DNA from: the human T2T-CHM13v2.0 reference genome, Homo sapiens
Assembly: GCF_009914755.1 (NCBI RefSeq)
Contig: NC_060947.1
Length of the DNA: 64,000 bases
Direction: 5' to 3' (one strand)
Shown here: positions 1-12,429 of the stretch, piece by piece
How positions within the stretch are numbered: position 1 is the first letter of the stretch
How the letters are laid out: each line of letters begins with the position of its first letter
The notes under the pieces: model-generated
What the model was told of the DNA's origin: nothing
Seen by the model: the letters and a program-made list of their open reading frames with translations, nothing else
Database searches by the model: none
Translations under genes and position numbers: made by a program

Positions 1-424
1 GAGGAGGACTGCTTAGAACAGCTAATCTTAAGTTGGAGACATTCAGAAGGTGGCAAGTTTCCAAAGACAAGTCTGATTGTTTCAAAATTTTGGCAAGAGT
101 GAACCCTGCAAAAGTGTGTATATGTGTGTGTGTATGTGTATACGCATGTGTTGGTAAGGGGAGGTAGAAGTGGGAAGTGGAATGTTTTTCCTTTTTTTCT
201 TTTCTCCTATCTGGAATGTCTCTGATTCCCAGGATTTTCAAGTGAGACCAAGCTGGTTGCTTCAATAGGTGGTGATCACACTGACCCAGAAGCCTGAGTA
301 GGGCAAGTGGGCTGTGGCTTGGCAGAATCTGGGGCTCCTCTACTTGCCAGTGAGTTGCCCGATGGTTGAGACAATGTCAAATTCAACTTTTAGACTCCCA
401 GAAGGTGCTCAGTTGTTTTTGGTT

Positions 425-1132
425 TTTTTAGATTATATAACTATTTTGCAATTAATAAAATTGTATATGTTAAAGGTGTTCAACATGCTGCCTTGATATA
501 CATATACATAGTGAAATAATTACTAATGGTCAACCAAATTAACATGTAATATGGTTTGGTTCTGTTTCTCCACCCAAATCTCACCCTGAATTGTAATCCC
601 CATAATCCCCACGTGTCAAGGGTAAGACCAGGTGGAGGTAGTTGGATCATGGGGATGTTTTTTCCCATGCTGTTCTCATGATAGTGAGTGAGTTCTCAAG
701 AAATCTGATGGTTTTATAACTGTCTGGCATTTTCCCTGATTGCACTCACTCTGTCCTGCCACCCTGTGAAGAAGGTGCCTGCTTCTCCTTTGCCTTCTGT
801 CATGATTGTAAGTTTCCTGAGGCCTCCCCAGCAATGTGGAACTGTGAGTCAATTAAACCTTTTTCCTTTATAAATTACCCAGTCTTGGGTATTTCTTCAT
901 AGCACTGTAAGAACAGACTATTACACAAGTACATTACCTCACTTAGTTAACTTTTTTGTTTGTTTGTTTGTTTGGTGAGAGCACCTGAAATGTACTCTCT
1001 TAGAAAATTTCCAGTATACAACACAGTATTATTAATTAGATTCCTCATGTTGGACCTTAGATCTCCAGACTTATTCATTCTACGTAACTGAAACTTTGTA
1101 CTCTTTGACCAGCATCTCTGCATTTCTCCCTT
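425..1132 (-). mobile_element. Old L1M (L1MA/L1MB-type) 3' end, split by a THE1 LTR
   Basis: Antisense L1 3'UTR motifs on both sides of the LTR (ttgatatacatatacatagtgaaataattact; ttagatctccagacttattcattct...aactgaaactttgtac). Confidence 0.7.
547..925 (+). mobile_element. THE1D-like MaLR solo LTR
   Basis: Starts taatatggtttgg...cacccaaatctcac; ends gtcaattaaacct...ataaattacccagtct...gaacagactattaca; about 380 bp. Confidence 0.9.
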
Positions 1133-1149
1133 GTAACTATTAAAGCCTC

Positions 1150-1208
1150 CTTTATTTCTTTTTAAAAATTGAGATATCATTTACATGCCATAAATTCACC
1201 CTTTTAAA
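1150..1208 (-). mobile_element. L1MB-like 3' terminal fragment (host of a nested insertion; resumes at about 2636-2693)
   Basis: ttgagatatcatttacatgccataaattcacccttttaaa, continued by caattcagtggtgtttagtgtgttcacaagg after 2653. Confidence 0.65.
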
Positions 1209-2315
1209 ACATACATGCAGCCAACAAGCATATTTAAAAAGCTCAACATCACTGATCATTAGAGAAGTGCAAATCAAAAGCACAATGAGATACCATCTCA
1301 CACCAGTCAGAATGGTTATTATTAAAAAGTCAAGGCTGGGCGCAGTGGCTCACATCTGTAATCCCAGCCCTTTGGGAGGCCGAGGCATGTGGATTACCTG
1401 AAGTTAGGAGTTCTCGACCAGCCTGGCCAACATGGTGAAACCCTGTCTTTACTAAAAATACAAAAAATTAGCCAGATGTGGTGGCACACACCTATAATCC
1501 CAGCTACTCAGGAGACTGAGGCAGGAGAATTGCTTGAACCTGGGAGGCGGAGGTTGCAGTGAGCCTAGATTGCGTCATTACACTCCAGCCTTGGCAACAA
1601 GAGTGAAACTCCATCTCAAAAAAAAAAAAAAAAAAAAAGGAAAAAAACAACAGATGCTGGCAACATTTCAGAGAAAAGAAAATGCTTATACACTATTGGT
1701 GGGAATGTAAATTAATTCAGCCATGGTGGAAAACAGTGTGGTGATTCCTTGAAAACCTAAAAACAGAAATACCATTCGACCCAGCAATCCCATTACTGGT
1801 TACATACCCCCCAAAAATATGTCATTCCACCATAAAGACACATGCACATGTATGTTCGTCACAGCACTATTCACAATAGCAAAGACATGGAATCAACCTA
1901 AGAGCCTGTCAATGATAGACTGGATAAAGAAAATGTGGTATCTGCATACCATGGAATACTATGCAGCCATAAAAAAGAATGAGATTATGTCCTTTGCAGG
2001 AACATGGATGAAGCCAGAGGCCATTATCCTTAGCAAACTAACGTGGGAACAGAAAACCAAATATCACATATTCTCACTTATAAGTGGAAGCTAAATGATG
2101 AGAACACATGGACACATAGAGGGGAACAACAGACGCTGGGGCCTACCTGAGGGTGAGCAGTGGGAGGAGGGAGAGGAGCAGGAAAAATAACTAATAGATA
2201 CTAGGCTTAATACCTGGGTGATGAAATAATCTGTACAACAAACCCCCATGACACAAGTTTACCTATGTAACAAACCTGCACATGTACCCATGAACTTAAA
2301 TTAAAAGTTAGAAAA
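1209..2315 (+). mobile_element. 5'-truncated L1PA (about PA13-16): ORF2 C-terminus and 3'UTR, interrupted by an Alu
   Basis: ORF 1819-2094 gives ORF2 C-terminal motifs (MFVTALFTIAKTWNQPK, WIKKMWY, MEYYAAIKKNE); 3'UTR ends aacaaacctgcacatgtacccatgaacttaaattaaaagtt. Confidence 0.9.
1334..1638 (+). mobile_element. AluS (Sq/Sp-like)
   Basis: Full dimer ggctgggcgcagtggctcac...ggcaacaagagtgaaactcc with A-tail. Confidence 0.92.
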
Positions 2316-2630
2316 GCACAGTGGCTCACACCTGTAATTCCAGCACTTTGGGAAGCTGAGGCTGGTAGATTGCTTGAGCCCAGGAGTTCAAGACCAGCCT
2401 GGGCAACAAGACAAAATCCCGTCTCTAACAACAACAACAAAAAATTAGCCTGGTGTGGTGGCACACACCTGTGGTTCCAACTACTCAGGAGGCTGAGGTG
2501 GGAGGATCACTTAAGCCTGGGAGGTCAAGGCTGCAGTGAGTCATAATGGCGCCACTGTACTCCAGCCTAGGTGACAGAGCGAGACCCTGTTTCAAAAATA
2601 AATAAATACATACGTACATGCATACATACT
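2316..2630 (+). mobile_element. AluJ in the L1 poly(A) tail
   Basis: J-type diagnostics gcttgagcccaggag and gaggtcaaggctgcagtgag; tail decayed to (TAAA)/(TACA) repeats. Confidence 0.88.
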
Positions 2631-3384
2631 TTAAAAAATTCACCCCTTTCAAGTAAGAGCCCAATTCAGTGGTGTTTAGTGTGTTCACAAGGTCAGGCCT
2701 TAGGCACTATGCCTCCTGCATATTATAAATGAATCAGCCCTTCTTTCATGAATATAATAGCCAGTGGTCACTGATATGGGTGGATTAGGGCCCTGGGAGC
2801 TTTATCTCCCTAAGGAGACCTTTAGAGGAATAACAAGAAGCAGGCTCCTTCCCAGGCAGGCTAAGTTTGGTGCTTTTATTTCTTGAAGCCGCAAAATCAA
2901 CATTCCTTGGGAGAGCAGAGTAGGAGCGTTAGATCACAGCTGGAGCTGTATGAGGAAAGTCATGTTTATCAGAGGAACCTCCTCCTTAAGTTTGTCTCAG
3001 ATGCTGCAGTTTGCATCCCAGGGGAGAAAAACTAATTCTGCTTTCCCCAGAGCCCAATTGTAATCTGCGAAAGGCAGTGGGACCTGGCAGCCATCCAGCC
3101 CATGCCTCCCTTTTCCAGATGTGAAAGCTTGAGGCTGAAGCAGTTAACTCAGTTTTTTGCCCTGATTTTTTGCATTTCCTCCTATCTTAAAGACTCTAAG
3201 AGGGAGAAAGCTAACCCAAGGGATATATTTGCAGTCATCACCCACCCACATTCGATAGCATCTTACCCTGGGAACTCCCCTCTTCACTAACACCTTCCTT
3301 GGCAATGGCTGCCTTGGGCAGTGTGGTTTGGGACTTTTGGGCCAAGGATGGCTGGATAATGAATAGAACAGTGCCAGTCAAGGT

Positions 3385-3542
3385 GGAGACCATCAGCAAC
3401 ATCAGCGTCACCTTAAGCTTGTTAGAAATGCAACATTTCAGGCACCCCCAAAATCAGGAACACTGAGGGTGATGCCCAGCAAACTGTGTTTTAGTAAGTC
3501 CTCCAGGAGATCTATTTGCACGTTAAAATTGGAAATGCACTG
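3385..3542. mobile_element. MER5A-like hAT-Charlie MITE
   Basis: catcagcgtcacc...cttgttagaaatgca...cccagcaaactgtgtttt...ccaggagat. Confidence 0.7.
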
Positions 3543-4019
3543 AGAAGACTCTTGATCAGGTAGGGCTCGGGGTGCTAAACCTAATGACATGGCTGTGAAA
3601 GCTAGTGCAAAATCAATACAAAAAAATAAGTAGACCAACTCAAACCTCTGAAGCTTATCTACACATGGCCATAAATACTCACACATTGTATCATTTCATG
3701 TAGGCTAAAAATGAATTTGACTTACCCTCTCCTACCTACACCTGTTGGTTTCTCATTTGGTAATATCCTTCTTCCTTCAAGCAGCTCTATATTGTCAATG
3801 TCATTGCAAATAGATTAAATTAAGAAAAGAAAAAATAGTGGAAATGGAGTGAAAAGAAGGGAAACTTTTTTTTAACCCTGCTGTATCCTGTGCCTGTTGA
3901 CCTAGCATTAAAACTCTAATTTAAAGATAAGTCTCATTAAAGATGTCCCTTTTCAGGAGTGGCATTTTCTGACAATGGAATTTAGGAGTCTAAGATTCCT
4001 AACCATGGTACTATTTAAA

Positions 4020-4600
4020 ACTTTTGCCTAGATTTCCATTATCAAATAAAAAGCAAATCCAGGTTTAGCTAAGGAGAAACATTATTCAAAAGGACTATTT
4101 CGATGAGGGGTGGGGGATTGTTGCATATGGGGAGAGAACTTTGCAATAGGACGAATGGTCCCACCAGAAGATCTGCAAGCACCGCAAAGGTCAGATAGAA
4201 AGGAATTTTCTTTTATAAGAAGGAATAAACAAGGCTAGAAAGAACCAGACATGGGGAGAGCGATGAGCAGGAAATGCCTTTCCTTGAGAGTCAGCCAGTT
4301 CTCTTAAGGGGCCATTCAAGGGGGATTGGTTGTTCAGCATATTGATGCTATTGGCAGGCATTTTATCCAGATTAGTCAGGGGTTTACAAACAGTTCAGTT
4401 AATCATTTGTGGCAATGAATGGAAATTTGTAGTGTCTGTGTCTGGCCTGTCCTAGGTAAACAAAGGGGTTATTCACAAGTCTTCTTAAAGTCATATGGTT
4501 AAGAAGAGTGGTTCTGTGTAGTAAGCCCTTCCTCTGGACACCAAAGGATGGAGGAATTTCTTAACCTGTGTTGTCTTCCAGGCAGTGTATATCATTGTCA
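4020..4600 (-). mobile_element. ERV1-class solo LTR (MER67/MER31-like)
   Basis: aaatccaggtttagctaaggaga...gatctgcaagc...aaggtcag...aaacaaggctagaaagaacc resembles recalled MER67-group LTRs; ends approximate. Confidence 0.5.
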
Positions 4601-4636
4601 GTATATATCACTGAAACATTTAAAAATAAAAACCTC

Positions 4637-4755
4637 TTAGCATTTATCTAATAACACAATTATCTTTAATTACAAAACACATTTGTTGACTTCAGTTTGG
4701 CCAACCTATGTGTTTTGTAATTAAATGGAATTTGCTTTATTAGATAAATTGCTAA
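4637..4755. repeat. About 120-bp imperfect palindrome
   Basis: Perfect 18-bp inner arms 4665-4682/4708-4725; outer arms 4637-4654/4737-4755 differ by one indel. Confidence 0.9.
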
Positions 4756-5495
4756 ATGCCTCTTTTAGGAGAGGAAGTAGTAACCAAACTTAGCATTAAA
4801 TACATGCAAATACATAACAGAGATTTAAAAAAATACTTTGAGGATAGAATTGGATGAACTATTTAAAGCTGGATGCAAGAGTTGGAACTGAAAGAGATAC
4901 TACATATTTTTTCCACGTCAGTAAATCTGGTACGTACAATATGTCATGCTGGTGAACAAAGAAGTGCTGAGGAGTCATGAATTACACAGTAATGAGAGAA
5001 TAATGTGGCTAAGAGGGTGTTCACAGGTTGTCCGGTTAGCACCACTTAAAAATAATCATCATGGTTGAAGTGTTTTTTTCATGTGGAAAGCTTAATTAAA
5101 GCAAAGCAACTAAGAGCAGGGGGATCTTTAGGTAGGAAGTAAGGAGGGAAAAAGGTTAATTTTTCAAATACCACATTTTTTTAGTGCTGTGGTACACTGT
5201 GACCATTAGCTGCCTACAGCCTCTATAAAATAATGGAAATCCTTTCTAATATCATCTTGGGGTCTTGACAGAATGTTCTACAGTTTTACACTATTGTTCT
5301 CTATCATTATATCTGTCAATATAGTTTCTACCATCATAAATTGATGGTAGAAACTGCAAATTCCTTATGGGAGATTTGTTCCTGACCTTGTTGGTGTCCT
5401 TGGGGGCTTTTTAGCAGAATAGGAAAGTCTTATTATCAGGGATGAGTCTAAAACCCCTTCAAAAAAAAACCAGTGACAACAATAACAAGAATAGG

Positions 5496-5873
5496 TGTCT
5501 TAGTCCATTCAGGCTGCTATAATAAAATATCATAAACTGGGTAACTTATAAACAACATTTATTTCTCACAGTACTGGAGACTGAAAAGTCCATGTTCAGG
5601 CAGATTTGATGTCTGGTGAGGGCCCACTTCTTATAGACGGTGCATTCTCACTGTGTCCTCCACATGACAGGAGCAAAGGGGCTTCTTTGCATCTGTTTGA
5701 TAAAGGCCCAATCATGAAGGCTAATCCCATTCACGAGGGCTGCACTCTCATGACCTAACCACCTCCCAAAATCCTCACCTCCTAATATCATCACCTTAGG
5801 AGTTAGGATTTCAACATATGAATTTGGTTGGTGGGTGGGTGCGTGGGGGGACACAAACATTCAGGCCATAGCA
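5496..5873 (-). mobile_element. MLT1A-type MaLR solo LTR
   Basis: tgtcttagtccattcaggctgctata...acattcaggccatagca; perfect 5-bp TSD ATAGG at 5491-5495 and 5874-5878. Confidence 0.9.
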
Positions 5874-5901
5874 ATAGGAAGACATTAAGAATCAGCCAGG
5901 C

Positions 5902-6331
<430 letters not shown>

Positions 6332-7833
6332 TCAGCCAGACATAGGCAGTTTATCAACTTTATTTTGTTTAAACCTTGCAACCAGCTAAGTGGGTATCAT
6401 TTCACTCCTACTAAGTGGGCATCATTTCACTCCACAGATGACAAAATTAAATTTCCAAAAGGTTAGACTCAAGTCTTTTCACTACACTTCAGGAAGTTTC
6501 TAACATGCATGGCAGAAAAAGGTATCCCTCTTTGAGCCCAGATTTCTGAAGGACCAGTAAGGGGTCATGAAGGAGGCAGAAGTAGGGCTGGTCTTTCCAG
6601 CTTCTCTCATCTGTGAACCATAATGACTGCATTTTAGGCTCATCTTTGCCAAGTTGTCAAATCAGTTTTGACACAAGCAGACAGTCAAAACAAGTTTTGG
6701 AAGATGAACTTTGGAATTCTTATTGTCTGCCATATGCTTGATCGCTGCTGTATCCGCCAAAATAGAGCCATCCTCAAGCCGACCCAGCTCTTCACATAGC
6801 TAGAACTAGGCGCTCTGTTCTCCCCATTCTTCTTATTAGTGCTCCATTTTCCCTACTGAAACTGGAGGCAACCCTGATTCTGTACTCTTATTTCTTGCTT
6901 TCCAAAGGATGGTATTATAATAAATTCAATTAAAGATGTATGTGAGGTTTGGAGGGGAGGGGGGAGATTTCTTTAGAGAACATTTTCTATTCTAATGTAA
7001 GAAAGCCAGACCTAGAAGACATTGAATGTAATAGCAGGAGCTCACTTTATTGTAAGTATGGAGTTAGGTTAATCCTTAGTAGATTCGGGATCCTATAGTC
7101 CCATGATAAATGTATGCACTTTTTAAATTAGCCTCTAGTGTAACCTAACACTTCATTGCTTGTGGAAATTCCCCTCTTATCAATATGTTTTCTTAGCATA
7201 GCAAACTCTTTGAAACATTCTTCTGTACCAGTTGTAAATAGCATCTTTTTTTTCTTCATCTTTGGCCTTTCAGAAAATAAACTTAGAATGTTTTAAGAGT
7301 ATTAAAATACTTTTTCCACATTAAAGTTAGAGAGAACTGAGGTAGAATTGCACTGAGGGTGGGAGGCTGACTACTAACATATGTTCCAGGATCTGGTCCG
7401 CAGGTTTGTAGTTTCAGAAATTAGAATTGTGTGGTGCTCAGAGTCAATCAGCCTTAACCATACGTAGCCTAACTATACTCACAAGAGGCTGGCTTACAAT
7501 CACAGTAACACTTGTTTACACTGAGAAATCCAATTTTCAAGAAGACTAGAATACTTATTTTATCTGTGTAGCACATTTTCTCCCTTACAGGAAAGCTGTA
7601 GGTTTTAGCGAGTCATGGGAAATAGGACAAGAAAGCTCACTGGTTGGTGTCATCCACCTTGAAGATTAACAACTTCCTAGGCAGAACTTGTTAAAAGATA
7701 ACTTTTAACAAAAGGTAAAATCATGACTCTCATACATACAAATATAAAATGAACACGTAAAATATTTTATGTGACTCAATCAAATGAGGGAGCCAACAAA
7801 ATGTCACAACCATTTTAAAGTAGAAGTAATGAG

Positions 7834-8110
7834 AACCAAGTGCTGTGGCTCACACCTGTAATCCCAGTATTTTAGGAGGCTGAGGCAGGAGGATCACTTG
7901 AGCCCAAGAGTTTGAGACCAGTCTGGTAACATAGCCAGATCCTGTCTCTACAAAAAAAATTTAAAAAATAGAATTAGCCAGGTGTGGTGGCATATGCCTA
8001 TAGTCCCAGCTACTCAAGAGGCTCAGCCAGGAGGATCCTTAGAGCCCTGGAGTTTGAGGCTGCAGTGAGTGAGACCCTGTCTCAAAATAAAATAAAATAA
8101 AATAAAATAA
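7834..8110 (+). mobile_element. AluJ with a right-arm internal deletion
   Basis: gaggctgcagtgag joins tgagaccctgtctc directly; TSD AAAGTAGAA(G/T)TAATGA at 7817-7832 and 8110-8125. Confidence 0.88.
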
Positions 8111-8865
8111 AAGTAGAATTAATGAACCACTGATTTATATGGAGTAAAACATATTGAAACTAACTTATAAGTGGACACAAACCTGGCTATTTCCCAAGGG
8201 CTATGATTGAAGGAGTCAATTGAACTGCTGCCAGACAGATTTTATTTGCATGCTTATATTTTATTTGAGCTATTTTACAACTCTACTATTTGTAAAATAG
8301 CTCAAAGAAAATAAAAAGCTAGAATCGGATAACTCAGAAAATTGTGCTGTACACAATGCATAGTTTTCCCTTTGGAGATAGTAATCTTTTTCCCTAATTC
8401 CAAATTTTCCTACAAACTGACATCTTCTTTTGACTGAAAGTAGTTATTTTGAAGGTCAATTGTAGAACTGATTTCTCCTGGCCTTGGGATAATTTTCTTC
8501 TCTCCTTTTTCTTTCACTGGCTTACAACTAAGTTTCCTTAACAGTATACCCTAAGGAAGTATCTTTTATTATTTAAAAGAACCCCCAATTGGTCTTTTGT
8601 TCAGTTACAATTTTTTGAGCACTTAATACATTGATTTTCAAACCTGGTTGATCAGAATCAGGTAGATTTTTAGAAATACAGGCTACCAGACCCATCTCTG
8701 GATTTTCTGATCCAGACTCTCAAGGACATATGTCTTTAACACTAGTGATTTGAGGAGTCTGTGGATATACTCTGGATAAGAGACCTAGTTGACAAATTGA
8801 ATATTCTAGCAGGTGTTAGGGGTGGAGGTTTTCATGAGTTGCAGATGACTTCTGGTCATTGAGTG

Positions 8866-9272
8866 TGTCCAAAGACAAAATTACAACAAATTTAGTTTAA
8901 AGATCTTAATGGACTTTTATTTGTGATTCTAGAATCAGTTCTGATGAGCTGATCAGAGGAGGTTGGCTTTATAGACAGAAAAAAGTTGAGGAAAGCAAAA
9001 ACAGAACAAAAAACAGACAGGTCACTTCCAAGTTACTTTCTTTATAGAGGTTAAAGCAGAGGACAAGTCCTTATCAGGCTGGCTAAAAACTGGCCTGTTT
9101 GGGGATTTGGCTATTATCTCTCTCCTGATTTCATGGAAGGTCAGATAAACAACTTAGTTTCACATTACAGACATGGAACTTCAGCATGAATAACTCCATT
9201 TTGATTTGGTCTGTTGAGCCAATTACAGAAGCTCAGTCCAAACCAATGACCACCTCTAAATTTTATTTAACA
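8866..9272 (-). mobile_element. ERV1 solo LTR (MER31-like)
   Basis: TG...CA termini; 4-bp TSD AGTG at 8862-8865 and 9273-9276; minus strand starts tgttaaataaaattt...cattggtttggactgagct. Confidence 0.78.
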
Positions 9273-9712
9273 AGTGACTTGTTGGATGGTGATAGAACCC
9301 ATTATCTTCTTTATAATATTTAGATCCCTAAGATACTCATATCACACTAATATACTTTAATATAGCTTTTCCCTCCACCGCAAATTTGGAACTAATTCTC
9401 ATGTTAGAATCACTTTAGAAAGATGCATTTTGTGATAGTATATGAACAATACAATAGAGAGGGTCACATTTTATTTTCTACAAAAAGCCAACATAGGATG
9501 TGTTTGGTAGTTATGTTTGGACTCCACTGAGTTTTATTAAATCATGATGCCAAAAAAAACCCTACCAAAACCAAAAATCACAGTGAGGGTGTATCCTGAA
9601 ATCTTAAAAGAAAGTCCAAACTATTTATTATTGCAGGTTGTATTTTTTAAAGTTATTTCCATAAGTGAAGCAGGCACATCTTGTTCCCACCACAGGTGCT
9701 TTCTGGAAAAGA

Positions 9713-10419
9713 TGTCAACTGAAGAATGACAAGATTCATAAATTTGGAAGGGAGAGCTTTATTTCTTATAAAGGGTTGCAGCCTGCAGGGTGGCCATTCT
9801 GGCAGACTGGGAAGTGTAGCCTCTGGCCAGAAGCTAGAAACAGACACTTCAAGGCAGTGGGTAAAGAGAACAGGAATTTATGCTGAGCAAGGTGGCCAAA
9901 TATACATATTCAGGAGGAGCCATAGTTATTTATGAAAAGAGAAACGTGTATGTCATGTGCAATGGAGTGTCACGTCCCTTCAGGGGTCCCATGTACAAAG
10001 AATGGCAGCATTAGCACCATCCAAGGGTGGAGTTTTTGGCCATTTGACATCAAAAGGTGAAGCAGAGGACATGAAACTCCTCACTGCATGTCCTCAATAG
10101 ATTGGCCAGAACCATTCCATAATGGGAGGCCCTTATCAGGAAGGAATGCTGGTGGGTTGTTGTGATGAAACTGCAGAAGGACAGCAGTCAGGTGGTTGGT
10201 TGATATGGTTGATATCAGTGGTGGAGTCTTTTGAAAGGGCTGGTTTCTGTTTAACCCTTAGGGAAGGAAGCCTAATGGTAGTTAGTGAAGGGTGGTTATA
10301 ACTAGCCATGTCTGACCTCCCAACCTGTCAGCTTCTCAGGTTTCTCTGGGGTCCACTTGGCCAAGAGGGAGTCCATTCAATCAGTTTGAGGACTTAGAAT
10401 TTTATTTTTATTTCTTACG
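9713..10419 (-). mobile_element. ERV1 solo LTR (MER39-like)
   Basis: tgtcaactgaagaatg...cataaatttggaagggagagctttatttc...; ends cttagaattttatttttatttcttac; about 700 bp. Confidence 0.8.
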
Positions 10420-12180
10420 ATATAAATGCCCTTAGTTGACATATGCTCCATCTCCTGTTTCTTTCATGGTGGGGAAAAACTACCTCAGCAAACAGTGATC
10501 AGTGATGCTAAAAACAGCTCTGTTGGTGGCTCAAGTGTTTCAAATGATGGGGCATCACAAGATGGATCCAAGAAACCCTAATCTGTCAGTGTTAAGAAGG
10601 AACAGCATACACAGCAAGCAGCAGATGTGTTAGCCTTTCCAGCAGCTGGGGTGTGTATCCCAGAACAAGCCCAGCATATCACAGCACAAATTATTACAAT
10701 GTTGGGGAATAATTGTCAATACGAAACTACTTTCTTGTGGAGCGGTTAGGATTTCCTATGCTTCCCCTCCCTGCTCCTCCCTCCAGATTTCCTTTCCAGC
10801 TTGTGTGTATGTGTGTTGCCAAGAACCATTTGGATTTTAAAGGCTGAAAAATAAGTCAAATTCTTTCTCACCTGGGGTTGATTGGTTGCCAGCTCCTTCC
10901 TCCTTCGGGTGTCATCATGTTCGCTCTGTCATTGGGAAGGCCATGCATTGCTGCCAAAGAGGACCTGAGAAGCAGCTTGAAATTCAGATGCATCAGAGAT
11001 ACATATCAGGGGCTGATATGTTGAAATCATTGTCAGTTATCTCAGTTTCCTGATGCAATTTTTTAAAGATTCTTTTGGCTCAAAGTGTGGTTAAGAATTT
11101 TGACTTCCACATGGATATTTGAAGATTTAAATATCCTGTAATACAAAGATATATGTGCCATATCTCCTTATGGATTTATTTTGTCTTTATTCTCTATTTT
11201 AATTCCTGCAGTTTATAAAATTCTGCCTTGTGTGCACCATCCACTCTGTACCTGATGCATATCTTGATCATAACATTTGTCAGTATATTGAATTCAACCG
11301 TATGTATATATCTGCTACCTCCATGGAAGCAACCTGGTTCTATTCATTTTTATATCCTCACAACCTGGCACAATGTTCTATACATATTTGAGTTAAATTG
11401 AATTTATTTCATATTGACTTAAGGGATAAGTCCAAACTTCTTAGCTTGGCAATCAAAACCCTATTTAACTTCTTACTTTATTTTTCTTTGATTATCTGCG
11501 TATAACCAGTATTGGAAACAAGAAGGACCTAGGGGATGGAATCATAAAGCAATTTTAGTTTTGCTGTCTTCGTTCTTTAAATCTGTTCTGTGGAGGTGTT
11601 TTTTTCTCTTGCCCTTGGAATTTTCTAACTGTTCTTTGATCGTACAAATTTCTATAGTCACTTCAGGTTGCACAGTACTAGATTAATTCAGTAATTAAAA
11701 TGTTTGGTGCCATACTATGAAACCCTGAAGCTGGGCCTACTGGAAGCAGGATATCTACAGCCAGAGAATGGTACATGATTGGCTTTTACTCTCTCTCCTC
11801 TTCTGGAGCTTCTCCTCCTCTCTCAGATTGCTAACCGTGGTTTCTGATTCCTTTAGAGTGAAAAGAAAGAAGAGGAAAGGAGGCAAGAAAATTCTTACTT
11901 GATTGTACTGCCAGAGTGCTCTAGCCTTGGTGTCCTCACTTGGCAGGGATGGAAAGTTGATTCTTCATATCATGGGAATTTTCATCTGCTCTTGTCAGTC
12001 CCAAGGAATCTAGAAATATCTCCAGCTTTTCTTTGCTAAGATCTGTTTGCCCCTTTTAGTAGTCCTCTTGGGTTGGATTAAAGCAATGCCATATCAGCTC
12101 ACCCTCATACAGAGCTGACACCTGGTCCCTGGGAAACACTTCTGCATTATTCTTTGTGACAGACACTGAGAGTTCAGATC

Positions 12181-12368
12181 CATCTCAATAAGCCCCTTCA
12201 CTATGCGGTACCTTCAAAGAAATTAGCCAGCTCAACTGTCACCTTTCAGATTTTGAGTGTGAGTCAAACACCAACATCTCAATAAGCCCCTTCACTATGC
12301 GGTACCTTCAAAGAAATTAGCCAGCTCAACAGTCACCTTTCAGATTTTGAGTGTGAGTCAAACACCCA
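12181..12368. repeat. 94-bp direct tandem duplication (2 copies)
   Basis: Copies 12181-12274 and 12275-12368; one internal substitution (actgtc/acagtc) and one near the end. Confidence 0.95.
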
Positions 12369-12429
12369 AACTGTAGAGGATTAGAGTACTCCTTTTCATG
12401 ATCTATTTCCCAGGCCTTCTTCCACATTC

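Noticed and set aside
7300-8450. Possible old TE internal sequence around the AluJ
   Set aside because: Composition is suggestive, but I could not match it to any family with confidence.
12181-12368. CRISPR-like array
   Set aside because: Two contiguous copies, no spacers, no cas genes, eukaryotic context.
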